From contig CM060731.1 of the NCBI GenBank assembly GCA_030704615.1, forward strand, positions 23,808,001-23,872,000: DNA of 64,000 bases. Reading direction: 5' to 3'. The stretch comes from Takakia lepidozioides (Eukaryota; Plantae; Bryophyta). The translations under genes were made by a program, and so were the position numbers. The notes beneath the pieces are model-generated. The model saw nothing but the letters and a program-made list of their open reading frames with translations. It did not search any database and was not told where the DNA came from. This document shows, piece by piece, positions 35,702-49,586 of the stretch (the stretch's first letter is position 1; each line of letters begins with the position of its first letter).

Positions 35702-38700
35702 CTCTGCCTCCCACTTTCTTAGCTCTGTGCTTGGTCGAAAGTCTTTGACCATCAGGTGCAAGCAAAGGCTGATAGATATATGTATCTGTGTACCCCCTTG
35801 TCAACAGTCAATCATAGTGTCCCTGCTCTTCAATGGTTCCCTTGAATCCTCTGCGTAACAAACATGTGCTGAGGGTCTCTGCAGCAGCAAGCTTGTGAGC
35901 TCAGCAGTTTTCTTGAGACAATGTTATGTTTTTTTGGATGGAGGATCCTGCATTGTTGACGAAGCACGTGGCAATAGATCCACAGCAAGTGTGATTTATC
36001 AAGCTTATTACCATTTGGATAGTGTGAAACTCACACAATGTATACCAAATTCCCAGTAAACCTTCAAATGAAATCCATGTATTGTTGTCATCACACAATT
36101 CGGCGAGGTTCTGTCAGAATTGTCTCCTCGTGTAACCCATCTTCGAATACCCAATGCTGTAGTGGACTGGATGGGATCCTCTTTGTATTCACCATTCAGG
36201 TCAAGGCAGTGTGATTGTTTTGAACCTTGCAAGCAATGAGCATCCATGTTCATAAGCTATGGTTCAGCTGTCCACTTCAGATGTCTGAACAAAATGGATA
36301 ACTATCTCACATGCAAAGACGGCATAGGGATTGCTTTTCGAGTGTGCATAAGTATGGATTTTGTGGTGGCATTGTAGAGTCAATCTCTGTGCCTCAGTTC
36401 AGATGCGGTTCCTCAGGCGTGTCTCACTGTTTGGGTGAGCCATGACACCGGGATGCTTGTCTTGCTAGAGACAACCAGACTATCCTTGATACCCACTTTC
36501 ATTCACACTTCGCAACATCCACACGGCTCTTTACAGCGGCAGTCTTATACATCTTCCAGTGTCCCTCCAGACTGGAGTGAGTCTGGCAATAGAGGTCTGG
36601 CCCCTGAGCTATCCTCTCAGCCGCCGTGGATCACTTCAAGGCAGGGATGAAGGGACACAGAACAATGTGGCCAGCGTATAAAGAGCTGTTGAGCAACGGC
36701 GGCCTGGCAGAGCATCCCTATCAATCAAATGAATCTGTCAGATCTTGAGCGAATAAGCCCAAAGCACTACAGCGTGAGACTGATCACTCACACCGCCACC
36801 TGCTGTGCAACGCTCCTCGTGAACCAATTTCATCCTGGCCAGTGGCTATGATGGGTGTGGTAGTTGATCTAAACTATTTGAGCTCTGTGTGGACGTTAGC
36901 TTTTGACTCAAACAATTTGTACGGAGGAGTCCTTTCAAGATTTGGCCTCCACAGTCTACACTGTACAACTCGCCCGCTTGAAGTGCTGCCGACTCTTCCG
37001 CCTTCCCTACAGCAGCAATGGTGGTGGGCAAACACAGCCTGCAAGTCTAGTGTGGTAGCAGACAAGGACAGTCTTTGTAGTCTTTTTGGAAATTTGGAGC
37101 AGTCATAATAGTTGGCGAGGTTGAAACGCAAGTGATGTCAGAGAATTGCCAAGTGAGCGCAACCTGGGAACCGGAAGAGAACCAAGAAAGAAAGACCGTG
37201 GGAACCCAGAATGAAAAAACTTGGTAAAACAAGTAAACCACATCTGGAGGCCCACCACACCATTGCACACCTTGCAACCCTACACTGACTCCCACCTTCT
37301 TTGAGCAGATATAAACCCTCGAAAGAAGGTCCGTCTGCGTGGATTTGTGTGATCACCATGTTCACATGCGTATCTGCTTTTCTGGCAGCCTTTGTTTTCG
37401 TATCCACTCATCTCTTTCTTTTTGCAATGTTATGCTCTTTACTCTTTAGCTCGCCCCCTCCTGCCCGGCCTCCAGAGTCCCCAAATAAGGACCCACAACA
37501 GTCTATCTCTCAGGAGTCCTTGAAGTCTGATGATGGCTGACATCTTGCATTCCGGGTTTCAAAGATAGCAACCCTCCGTACCAGGGGCATGGTAGGGGAT
37601 TCCGATGGTATCTACGTATCTACCTTGCATCTTCTATCTGTATCTATGCGTCCGTTGCCCACCTCTAGTTATTCCATCAACTGCCTTCAAGTGAAACCCT
37701 AACCTGGGAAGCTTCATATCAGTCTTCACTTTGTGTTGTTGTATGTATCGCTGGGGACTCTATTGGGTGCCGACAGATTATCTTTCCTGTAACACAGCAA
37801 GTTGTTCCAGTCGAAGAACATTTTGCTTTTCCTAGGCAGCCCCTCGGATCTCCAGCAACAGAGTCAAGAAGACAAATAACAGCAGCTAGAAAACGTCAGG
37901 AAGTCGAGAAGAATTGAGGGATACTTCAGACTTAGCCCGAAACGACATCCGCAAACGCTCTGTTGAAGACCCAAGTTTCTGAAAAGCAGTGTTTCTGAAT
38001 ATACGCTATGAACAATCCGAATGTCTTGGACTCGGCTATGGAGAGGACTCTTGGGCTCGGCTGTCAACTTCTTGAAACGGAGATTTACATGGTAAAGAGT
38101 CTCTCGACGACCAGTGATGTTGTGAGAGCTAAGAAGGCAAATAGAGAGTGACGTCAAAGGAGGCAAATGATAGAGACAGGCAAATGAGATAAGCAGTGGC
38201 GCGTCCTTGAAGCAAATTGTCAGGAACAATTTTCAAGGTGAGCAGGTAAAATTGGTGGCTCGAGTGGTTTGGTGCACGCTGTAAATGAGGGCTGCCACAG
38301 GATGATGTGCATCTCCCTTCCAGTTTAGTTGTTTTCTCAGGGTATATTCATGGAAGTAGATATAGAAGAAATCCCCTCCCCCCTCGTGGGGTTGCTATGT
38401 ATATTTGACGAGTCCAACATTTGTGCCTTCCTGATGCTTACGCAGGAACAGGGAGAGAGAGAGAGGAACTTTGTACAATGTAAAGGAAGTCTGCATCCCA
38501 CCAAATTTAATTACATAGTAAGATTTTTGATGGATGTGGAAACAACTGTCATTTTGGTATATATAGTCTCTCATTTCAGCAAGAATGGCTGTAGTCAAAA
38601 CCAGTTTTCCCCTGGTCCAAACATATGGGGGAGAGAGATGATGTATGGACGATCCAGAATTGACCAAAACAGCCTTTCTATCAGTCTTCAATTGATAGGT

Positions 38701-40173
38701 TTTAGAAATAAGACACTACAAAATGCCGCACACTTTGCAGCAGAATGTAACTCATTGACTCGCCTGTGGTACAAAGGATCCATTATATGAACTCAAATGA
38801 GTGATTTGAAAGCCTTATGCACCACTGCAAACCCAGCTGCTTGACTCTATCTCCTGACTACCACATGGAATAACAAATGCAACTCAGATTAATCTCAAGC
38901 CTAAGCGGATCCAAAAGTTGGAGACATGACTATGGTTGCACCCTTGCCTCATCCAGAGAGACTTCCGGGAGCAGAAACACTCAAACCCCATCTCAAAAGG
39001 ACATGAGGGAAGGGAGAAGGGAGAGGCCTTTGTTGGGTTGAAAAGCAAAAGGGTAGGTTATCAAAAGACAAGACCTCCTGTTTCTAAAAGGCCCTAGTGC
39101 AATAAACTTCCTTGATCTCTTCGCTCCAAGCTGGCCAGACCTTGATATTCATATTTTTCCTTGAGCAACCGTGAAATAGTCACAGAAGAAATCATTTGAC
39201 CAAACGTATATGTAGCCCATGAAGCTAGAGCAACATTAGTCATCTTGGCCCCTGCATCCACAATTCTCTTTTCATAGTGTTTCCCGATCTTTTTTTTGGC
39301 TCAACAGTTAACTCAATCAGGGCCCTCCTTACACTCATCGCTGTAATTACTGATCTTTGTCCAGTGACCTCTCTAGTAGTATCTCAACTGTATGGTCGTC
39401 TAGAACTATAATCTTGTATTTGCAAAATGATGACAGTACGTAGAGTTCTATAATTTTTCCAACACTTGCATCTTATAAGTCTCTTTTCTCTCATTGCAAA
39501 ATCGAGACCCGGGCAAGTTGCACACACACTTTGAAAGGTCATGTATCCATCGTAAAGCAGAGAAGTCCTTGCAAGTACACTTGCACACATATCTGCAATT
39601 CTACACACTATGTCTGCAATTCTGAACCTTGGCTCAAAAATATAAGCCACACAACAGTCGTAGGGTACAAATTTAACATACGTGGAATCTATCAGCAATT
39701 ACGGAGGATTTTAGTGGGTTTTTTCTTCTGGCGAAAAATTAACCAGATTTCGACCTGGAAAATGGGTCAGCTACTTGTACAAAGGACTTATGCGCGATAA
39801 TAATTGAAAAATTCGCCAATCAGGAGCCGGATCTTGTCTAGGTGGACCTGTCAAGACATGCCACCTGTTACATAGCCACTTTTCTAGCCCTGCCACCTCG
39901 TTACTCTCACGTACACATGGGTTGGGTAGAATTTACATGTGGCTCCTGTGGCGATTTTGAAAAAATGAAAAAAGAAAGAATGAGGGGAAAGAAGAGGAGG
40001 AAGTAAAATAAAAAGCTTTATTTGAGATTACTGGAGGGTAAGAAAATTAAAACCTTAAATTGAGCAAACTCAGTGACTCGGTGAACAAAAAGACAATTAG
40101 AGACCTTGAGAACAAACAGTAGTTGGAGTGCCAATGCTAATGAGACTATGATAACAAATATTAAGAGACTTAA

Positions 40174-41667
40174 CCCCTAAAGGACGAAGAGACCCAAACT
40201 GGGTCGGTTAGGTTTAGAAAAGTGTCTGGTTATTAGTGGGGTTAAGCCTGATTTGGGCATTTAGGGTCATTGGATAGGTGATCGAGTCAGTTATGAGGTG
40301 GCATTTCCCAATTCGTCATTGGGCCTGGCCCCAGCCACGTGGAACACCTAGAGTCTACCACACTCGTGGTTTTCAGCCCCATTTTGGGCAGCTAACCTGC
40401 CCTCCATTCTAAGGGTCAGGTTAGGGAAAATTCCACGCAGCCCACTTGCCCAAGGAGGGGCGTCTCCCAACACCCTTTATTGCGCCCCCTCCACCCTAAG
40501 AGCACCCCCAACGTAGGTATGCCATGCCATTTCCAACGCCATTTTGGCATGGCGTTTCCTCGTGATCGAGCGTACCCTGCCAACACTATATTTGGTGCGG
40601 AGGGACCTACGCCAAGGGCAGGGTACGCCATATTTTCCATCTTTGGCGTATCTTGCCAAGCCTCCGCCGAGCGCGCACGTGCTCGCCCAAGCACTAGGAG
40701 CAAATCTGGTGCATGCGGACGGAATTCAGTGCAAGAAGTGACTGTCACAAAGCCGTTGGGGGCGTAGCCATTGTGGGCCACGTCGCGCAGAGGTATGAGG
40801 AACATGCGCTCTTGATTTTTGGGATATGAAGAGCAGGTGTGGCACAGCCTGGAGGTGGCTTCTATAGGTTGGAGAGCCCACCTTGGAGCTGGATTTAACG
40901 TGACAGTGGACGTCCTTCTGCCAAACTCCACGCCATGAGCCAAACCCCACGCCAAACTCAACGCCATTGGTGGGGCCGATGGCGGGACAATGTTGGAGAT
41001 GCTCCCATTGCCCGTGCTCCCTAAGGCCCCCATGCTCAAAACCCACATACCTTAAGGCTACTGGCCAAAAAGTATAGGCAAACATAGGTGCACATGGAGA
41101 AGTCATGGGCAGGGGCAACAGTCATATGAAGGGAAGCTCTGACCGGCCCGAAATTTTTTTGTGCTTACTCAAACCTGCCCACTACAGTACAACCGGAGCG
41201 ATTGACAATTCAACGGTTCAGATCTTTCCACCAAATTTTCTAATACGGTTTTGTGCTTGCCCCTTTGAAATTGGGAAATTTGACCCCCCAAATTGGCCAT
41301 ACAAAGCAGCCCACATGAGAACATGTCAGAAAAAGCTGAAATTTTCAGGGCAGGTGTCTTACCTGGGTACAAGATTCTGGTTTGTGTTATGTCAAAAAAT
41401 TTCACAGCTGGGAAATTCGATAAGAAAAGCTGTGTTTCTTACCCCATTGTAAATAAGAAATTTGTTTTTGGCCCAACTTTCAACATTATAATCTTGCAAT
41501 CCGGAGGGTCGATTTGGACCAGACTTTTTGTGGTCATATCTAGATAGGAACATATTACAACGGTCAGTTTTACAGGGCATGAGGAAATCTCAAGATATAA
41601 ATTATTTAGTGGGGAAGGGTCAATTTTTTGGGGGTGGAGCCAAAAATTGGGGTTAGTCCTTTAGGGG
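40174..41667. mobile_element. Non-autonomous piggyBac-like element (TTAA TSD, 12-bp TIR)
   Basis: TTAA|CCCCTAAAGGAC (40170-40185) ... GTCCTTTAGGGG|TTAA (41656-41671). Confidence 0.75.
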
Positions 41668-42746
41668 TTAAGAGCAGCACCAGAGAGCTCCACTAAGTAC
41701 TGCGGCCAAGAAGACTTGTGGAAGTATTTTCAATATCAATTTGGGATCCCCCCTTCCAACTGGGCCTCTGCCCTCCAAGATTGGAGAAAACCATTTTTAT
41801 TTTTTAGTCTAAATACTTACTGTTCGATCAACCAAGTGAGTTAAACCATGCCCCCTTGCCATGACTTCCATTTTGTCAACCTCCACAATTATACCGACTT
41901 GTCAGCAAGGCATATGTTAACTGGACCTCAGGCTAGAAGTTAACTGTGATGAAAGTTTAACTAGCGATCATGATCTGAACTCGGGGTTCAACTTAGCTAA
42001 GTCAGTTTAATAATATTCACAACTAAAGACACAACGTTCACATCTGTAGTCTACATGTGTACATATGTCTTTCATTCAGTAGCTTCACTACCGTACCTCC
42101 CTACCTTGTCCAATGAAAATTAAATGCAAAAACAAACTGCCGATTTTTTTTTAAATGAAGCCCTCCCAAGAACGAATGTCAGAAATTCGACCCCCATACT
42201 TGGCCTTACCAAAATTGTATAACCGAAACTATTCCCAGTACTCGTAAGAATCTGCGCATCGTGCTTTTGGCCATCTATTCCTTCCACTTTGCAGCCTCAC
42301 AGCTTGGGCGATCAGTCTGGTTCCAGGTACAGTCATATATACCATACTGCAGCCGCCGTTGCCGCGCCACGTGACGAGGCGCAATTGATTTTAAAAAATA
42401 GCCGCACACATATGTATTATAAGTGCTTTTGTATTATTTATCATGAAAATTTCCAGAACTACAGAAATTAAAAAAAAGCCTGCCGGACCCCTTCTTTAAG
42501 AAAAATTAATTAGTCCGGCAGGGTCCTGACAAATAGCATAGGCAAGTGCGGTAGTCAAACTTAGTCTCGAACCACCCACCTAACAAAAGGATGTGGGAAG
42601 CCAAGCAGCCTAAAGTTAATTTATGGTGTAGAGCTGAGCCCTTGAATAGATCAACATTTTGCAAAACGAGTCATGCCATGCTGTAGTCCTTGATCATGAA
42701 GGCCCCTGTACAGGTCAATTGCAACTTCTGATGTAGTTTCTCAGAC

Positions 42747-44647
42747 TTAGCGAAGATGGTGCCTGCCAAGATCAACAACAAATATTACCAGCTTAATGGA
42801 TGCTGCAGGCAAGCACAAAACACATCTTGTGCAGGTGGAGGATGGGGAAGAGAGAGGGGGGTGTCATGCTGCACACAATAGTGTCTGCTTGCCATAGTCT
42901 TCTGGCCATAGACCTTGCGCAATGGTGGGACAAGGTAGAAAGGGGCCAGAGAAGGGTGGAATAGGACCAACTATCAATGCAAAAGGGGCCGCAAGAGGCC
43001 CAGAGGGAAGGACAGTGCAAACCAGACAAACAAGAACCAGACACAGAAGAAAGAAGAAACAAAGAAAACAAGATTACACTGGAGGGCTTGAGTGCCTATT
43101 GGACACTAGACAACAAAAGAAACCAAAAGAAGACATTGAACCCCAACGTTGCGAGAGAGAGAGGGAGAGAGGGAATGGTGGGGCGGTGGAATGCACTGCA
43201 ATTTTGACCTGGGTCCATTAAATGGACAGCCAGGCCACCCAGACATTCAAACATAAATTCTGTGAGGATTGCAGGTGGAATGTGCTGAACCCTGGACCTG
43301 GGTCCATTAAATGAACAACCAGGCCACCTAGACATTCATACAAAATATCTCAGAGAGTCAACTTTTGACACTTCAAAGCATAATTACTGAGTATTTTGAA
43401 ATTAGACACTTGAGTTTTCTAAGAATGGACCTGAGAGTCTCGCGAGTTCCTCGTCGAATTCTGCAACGAATGGTGGGGAGCCCGAGCTGTTGGTGTGCTT
43501 CGAATCTATGACAGCCAGAGAAACCTGCCAAATCACTTTCCAAGATTAAAAAAAGAGTTCTGAATTAGTGGATATTCACATTTGGTGAATTCAAAATTGC
43601 TGGGGAATGATGCTTAACTAGTGAAAGACTTCATGAGTCAGTGGCATTTCTCTTTAGTTTCCCCACCCTGATTGCAATTGACCTTGAGAACAATCTTTTT
43701 GTCACGAGGGATGGTAAGAGTGGGTTGTGATGCAGACTGAACAATTACCATAGTAAACGCCATCCACCTCGAGAACGTCTATCTGTCACAGACACAATCT
43801 CTCCATGTTAATGCTATGGACTGGAAATTGGGAATGATAGCCCTTGCTGGACGTAGAATTGCTGCATTCCTGCCACCTCCAGTCAGCACTTAATACATGG
43901 AGATCACACATAGAGGGCTTTATGCCTGTATTCACAATCAGAGGACAGTACTTCCCAGGATAGAACGTACAACGTGCAGTAAAAGTTGAAGAATAGATTC
44001 AGTAACTAGTTGGCTCAAACAGATCTCAGAGGAGTTGGGTGCCGTAATCGTTGATTAATCCTTTTCTTTGCTCCTAAAGTTGTTTAATCTGACATACTAA
44101 GCATTTGAGTATAAGGCAACCCACCGGCTCCTGCAGGCCAATTTCTGCGATGCTATCCATCAACTCCTGCACTTTCTTAGGATCATTTGTACGAGTTCGC
44201 AATAATGGCCGGCGAATTTGGTCCAAGGGAACATCTGCTACTATTGGACCGCGCTGTGTACTCGCTATTCCGCCTGCCCATACCACCCCAATCATATGCA
44301 AGGCTTCCTATGGCAGATGGGGTAAGCCAGATACCCGTATCAAACCATACGCACATTGCTGGTGATAAACTTCAAAAAACTTCACGGCTCACAGGAGACT
44401 GGCGTTGTGGAAAGCCTAGCAATTGACTGAGTAACAGGCACTGTGTTCAATCACTGCTGCAGTATAATCCAAGACAATCTAATATGAAATTGGCCATCCC
44501 AAATTCAGAAACACTCCCAATTAACAGATGGTGATCAAGAAGCCCACCGTTCTGAGATGAGCATCGAATAACCAGATTGCAGGCCTGCAGAGGGCGGTGC
44601 GGCAGCACCAATGCGGCGGGCAGGAGCGACATAGTTGAGGTGCGCAT
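42747..44647 (-). CDS. SRX: Sulfiredoxin with N-terminal transit-peptide-like region, 5 exons: 44647-44548, 44273-44125, 43782-43749, 43524-43431, 42762-42747
   Basis: PLDQIRRPLLRTRTNDPKKVQELMDSIAEIGLQEP-IDVLEVDGVYYG-FSGCHRFEAHQQLGLPTIRCRIRRGTRETLR-HHLR*, with the catalytic FSGCHR motif. Confidence 0.96.
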
Positions 44648-45591
44648 GATAGCCACCGAATACAAAACCCTTGATTGTTCTGAAATTTTTGATTCTTCCT
44701 GCAGACTGAATCACTATGCCGGGAATCCCTGCAACTAGAACACTTAAACTGGAAATTGAAATTTCCAGTAAGATCACTGATCCAGAATAGCCCCCATGTG
44801 CTCCATCCTCCGCTCTGGAAACTGAGCTTCTGCTTTCGCTAGGGCAAGAAATTCTCAATGTTGAATTTCTCTGTGGATGAGAACAAGTCAGAATTTGCCT
44901 ATCAGAAACCCACTATTGGAGTACCGCGATGCAAAAGTGGGTCGCTCTGGTAGCAGGAAACACTGACGCTGTCGGACCCCTTCTGAGTACTTACATTCCT
45001 TTTTGTCGTGATAAATTTCTCAGTAACAGTGTAACGCCCATTGAACGCCATCTCAGATACTCCGAAATCTGAATGTTCAGAGTTAAGCGCTTCTTAGCAA
45101 AGTGTGAAGAGACTCTCTTGTACACGCTTTCATTAGTTATTTCAACTGTAGTGCGCTAGAAACAGTTCTTGATGCAATTCTGCAAACATGGGAACACAAC
45201 TTTTCAACCATGTAACAGATGGACACCTAGAATTGAGAGGAACAAATTTGAAAGCCTCTGCAGCTCTGGTGAAAGAATAGGTGTCAGGTCCAGGACGTCT
45301 CCCAGTCTACTCCATAGAAATCACTATCCAAGTACCAAGTCTTCCTCGACATTTTGGGGACGCCCTTAATCAGCCATTTTTGGTGAAAGAAGAGCACCCC
45401 ATGACTTCCTTACTATGATAGAATCTGTTGACATCCTCTGCATAGGATTTGCTGTGGCTCGATTTGCTGTGTTTAACAATTACACATCAGTCCGCACCAC
45501 TAGGTACTCGCTTTTGCATTCAAGGACAAACCATTTTCTTGCAAAATGATGAAAATAAATGATCTTGTCAACCTCATACATGTGCTTTAAT

Positions 45592-48500
45592 TCACCAGTA
45601 ATCCCCACAAGAACCAATCCCCCTTCAAAGTGGTGAAAGTGGTTGACATCCTGTACAACGACTGCTTGCCAAGCAATTTTTGCCAAACAATTTTTGACAT
45701 GAACTTGGTGTCAGTGAGGCAATCACCACAGATCCAAACGTCTTGGTGACATGGATAGTTGTACCAGGTGGGATGCTGATGAATCTAAAAGCAATAGCCA
45801 GCTTCTCACTGTGGTGGCAAGAGCAAACTCCTTTTGCTCCTCGTTCAAATAATGCATTACAAAGTGAGTGGCAGGCATCTATCCAGTCTCCTTCGTCTGC
45901 ACATACAATTTGCTTAGCTTAGCATGGATTCCCTTAATTTGTAGATGCAATCTGCCATCCACAATGAATGTATACACCAGGTTGTCGACCTGAATACAAC
46001 GCCCTGGCTCCTTTCTCACACCTCTGTCTTCCGCAGTTTTCTCACCTTCGCCTTAACATCCCACCTGCAGCACATATCCTAGTCGCAGCAAAGATGTTCA
46101 TTGCAGCACATAAGCTGCAGTATACTGTGGATCGCACTCGAGAAGGCATTTGGAAGCCTGGTCAGCTAGCTCCACATTGGCATGGAATCAGCAGGCACCA
46201 AGCACACACCCCCCCACCCCGCCCCGCAACTTCTGGTGCGATTGGCATTTTGTCAAAGAAATCTTCTGCCTCATCTAGTTGACCTGCATGGCCCCCAGAA
46301 GGTCAACCATACAGCTAAAAATGCCGCACTGTGGGGGTGAGGCCATCATCTCAACTGGCCTCCCTACCACACCCATGCTGGAACATCCTGTGATCATTGC
46401 ACTCGCCATACCTCTTTCAGCCATATTGTTGAACACTTGATGTGCATCGTCCATGCTCCTGCATTTAGCATACATGTCAACAAGGGTAGTCTCCAGATCA
46501 CTATTTGACGTAATTCCAGCTTTCCTGATGTCAGCATGGACCTGCTTGGCCTTCTCCAGGGCTCCTAGACTAGCATGAGAACGCAAGTGAACATGACCCT
46601 GTCAGGTGTCAAACCTTGCTGCTCATAAATCTCAAAAGCCTCCATACCACACTCATGCTGGACATATCCTGAGATCATTCCTATCCATGAGACAACATTT
46701 CACTGAGCCATGCCATTGAACACTTTATGCTTCCACATTTTGCATACATGTCAAAAAGGGCAGTCTCCAGATAGATTGCTGGCACTATTCTGGACTTCAT
46801 GAGGGAAGCATGCACCTCTCTACCCTTTTCCAGTATTCACATGCGTTAACAAGGCAGATGAACCTCACCTTATCAAGCATCACCCATCCCCTTGCATTTG
46901 CTGGTAGATTTTCAATGCCTCCATATTCTGTGATCATCGCATTCCATGTGGCCACATTTCGCTGAGCCATATTCGAACACTAGACGTGCATCCTTCATGC
47001 TCCCACATTTGGCATACATGTCAACAAGGGTATTCTTCAGGATAATATCTGGCACAATCCCACTCTTGGTGACGTCAGCATGAACCCACTCTCCCTATTT
47101 TAGGGCTCCTAAGCTGGGATCTCAAAATCCTCCCTAGCACACCAGTGCTTGCCATATCCTGCTATCGTTATAGTCCCACGTAAACATATCTCGTTCAGGT
47201 ATATTACCAAACATTTGATGTGCAATCCACCACACTCCCACACTTTGGCATGCGTGTTGACAAGGCTTGAATCCACTTTGGATAATGTGGGCGTGCACTC
47301 GCTTTCATTCTGCCAGGTCTTTCACTTTGATGCACTCCTGCAAGAGACAGACATAAGTACTGGAGACTGCCTGAATGCTCTGGTGGTTCAGATCGTACAG
47401 TGCTTTCAGTTGTCTTGACTTGCATAGTGTCCTCAAATATCCACAAGGTTCAGAAGAGTTCTTGTGGACTTCCTCTTTGATCCTCTCTCAAAAGTGATGG
47501 CGAAGCTGCTACCCATTCTGCCATTCTGCCATTCTGCTGCCCAACAAACAATTGTGCCTGAGTGAACCCTGGCATCCTGCACATCACAAAATCTTAGTTA
47601 CAAACCTTTCCACTGAAAACTCACCTAACATGTCTTAGTACCTTAAAAAGACCTATTCATTGTGACAGGCTTCTTGCCACACATATGGACAGAGTTACAA
47701 AAACTCTTGCAGTCATTCACTTCGAGAATAACTTCAATTCTGATGAAAACAATGGCCACTGTATTCTTGGGCTTCAGACATTAGAATGGTCACCGAATTG
47801 CTTGACCTTGTATTCTGGAAGCAAGCTCTGCTTCCAACCAAGGAGAGTTTGACCAACTCTAAACCAGTGTTGGACCGGTATCAGCAACATTTCATACCAG
47901 CCAGGGTATGGTATTGTGGGTGAAGTGGCCTCCTTCATACCTGGCAGGTAATGGTATCAAGGTAGGTATTAAGCTTTTAATGTACCAGTCTGGTATGTAT
48001 ATTGTTTTTGTTTGGCCTGGTATGGTATGGTATCAGTATTTCAAATTTCAAATCTTATATTGGGGGTATATCAATACTGGTATCAATACAATTATTTTTT
48101 ATTTTTATTTATTTTTAAACTGGAAAAAAAATTCTGTCCAAATTATACCGCTGAGGTGATCACTCCAGAGGCTGAGTGCCGCAATTCATAATAACAAGGA
48201 GCCGGATCTCACCTTAGGTAATTTGAGGTCACCTTACAAGAGCCATATTACAGGCTGATAAATGAGACAATGCTCCTCAATATTGACAGCCCCCAAAATC
48301 GCCATTCAGATCGCCTCAATCAAAGAGCTGCAACTCTCCATTGCTGCACCCTAAATCCTTAACGCTCCAGATATTGATACCTAGGGTGCAAGCGACGGCG
48401 GAAGACCGGGTACTGGTATCGACAAAGCTGCGTTCCATGTGATACCAGGCTAGCCCAGGTATTAGTGTTTTATTATATTGCCCCCAATATGTTCTGCCCG

Positions 48501-48890
48501 GAGTATTGCCAATTTCTTATACCCGCCCGATCTGGTATCTTGCTGCAATACCCTTACCCGTGCCCATACCCCGCCTCGCCCCCATATACGGGTCCAACAC
48601 TGCTCTAAACCCACATAACATCCTAATTGCATGACTCTTATGGAGGACTGCCAGTCTGTGAGTTCCTTTAAAAATCAACGTCCCTCTTCATGTCTCTATC
48701 TCCCACACTCAACACTCTCAAAAGCAGTGTAGCTAGCACTGCCAATAGTATCACATCCTCACAGCCCGGCCCATCGATCTGCTGCCCGGTTATCGCAGGG
48801 TGAATAGAGGGTCTTGGGTATGACCTCTGGTTGAGGGCGCCGATGCATGCTGTCTTCCTGTGCTTGTGAGAGCGCGAAGACGAAGCGGGA
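45592..48890 (-). pseudogene. Heavily degraded PDF-PPR-DYW paralog, inverted relative to 49587-53608
   Basis: On the minus strand: CGDYW* end at 45592, [10 protein letters not shown] at ~45790-45820 and PLS remnants (LETTLVDMYAKC). The 5' region matches the plus-strand gene, including SWSNSPWLEAELA at 47822-47860. The 5' limit is approximate. Confidence 0.88.
47865..48602. mobile_element. hAT-type MITE (738 bp)
   Basis: TIR CAGTGTTGGACC(G/C)GTAT at both ends, with a perfect 8-bp TSD CTCTAAAC (47857-47864 and 48603-48610). Confidence 0.93.
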
Positions 48891-49586
48891 ATGTTGAACA
48901 TAACAAAGTACACTAACAAGACGCAATGACAATCTCTACGCTAGTACAAGTTCGATTTTCTGTTGTAATTCTTCATGCTTCCCACACAAAATTCTGCATC
49001 CAAATGTTCTCAAATCACTACACGTTACTTGGCATATTGGTGACTTCTCCCGGAGGATAAGCTGCAAGAGATGGTGGTTGTGAGAATGGCAATTATGTCA
49101 GTAAGGCAATCTCTGAATATGTTGTCCCTTTGTTAAGCAACGACCCAGAAAAGCACTTGAAATAAGAAGGCATGTTTGAGGCCAAGTTCAAACGTTCAAA
49201 CTTCAAGCGTTCGAACTGGGAGTTAGTTTTAGCTATTTGCTGATGATTTAGAAGGTGGTAAGCCATGATTCGCATTACGTTTGTCGCATGGGGAAGAGTC
49301 TTCCGGCCTGTATCCAAGAGAGATTGGTATCAGTGGTTCAGATGCACAGGGCGTCAGTAATCTGGTGAGGATGAACTCATTGGGTGAGAGGCAAATGGGT
49401 GTTCCGCACTGCATCATTGTGGACATGTTTGATGTACAAGGGCAGAAGAGTGTTCTTGAGCAGGCTTGTGGGAGCTCAATGCTCCAAGTTCTAATTGGGC
49501 AGTGTAGACACAGGCAGTGTTGTGCTTGAATTACTTTGGTCTGCGACTTTTTTTTTTTGCTTCCCGCCACTCTCGTAGACACACGA

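Noticed and set aside
36450-38330. Possible very old L1-type LINE remnants (also 54270-54900 on the minus strand with an A-rich tail)
   Set aside because: Only isolated motif-like fragments are visible; too degraded to support without a search.
40416-41118. ORFs of up to 210 aa inside the TTAA element
   Set aside because: No recognisable motifs; overlapping ORFs in GC-rich sequence are expected by chance.
42480-42523. 10-bp inverted repeat CCTGCCGGAC...GTCCGGCAGG downstream of SRX
   Set aside because: Short and single, with no diagnostic Helitron or terminator context.
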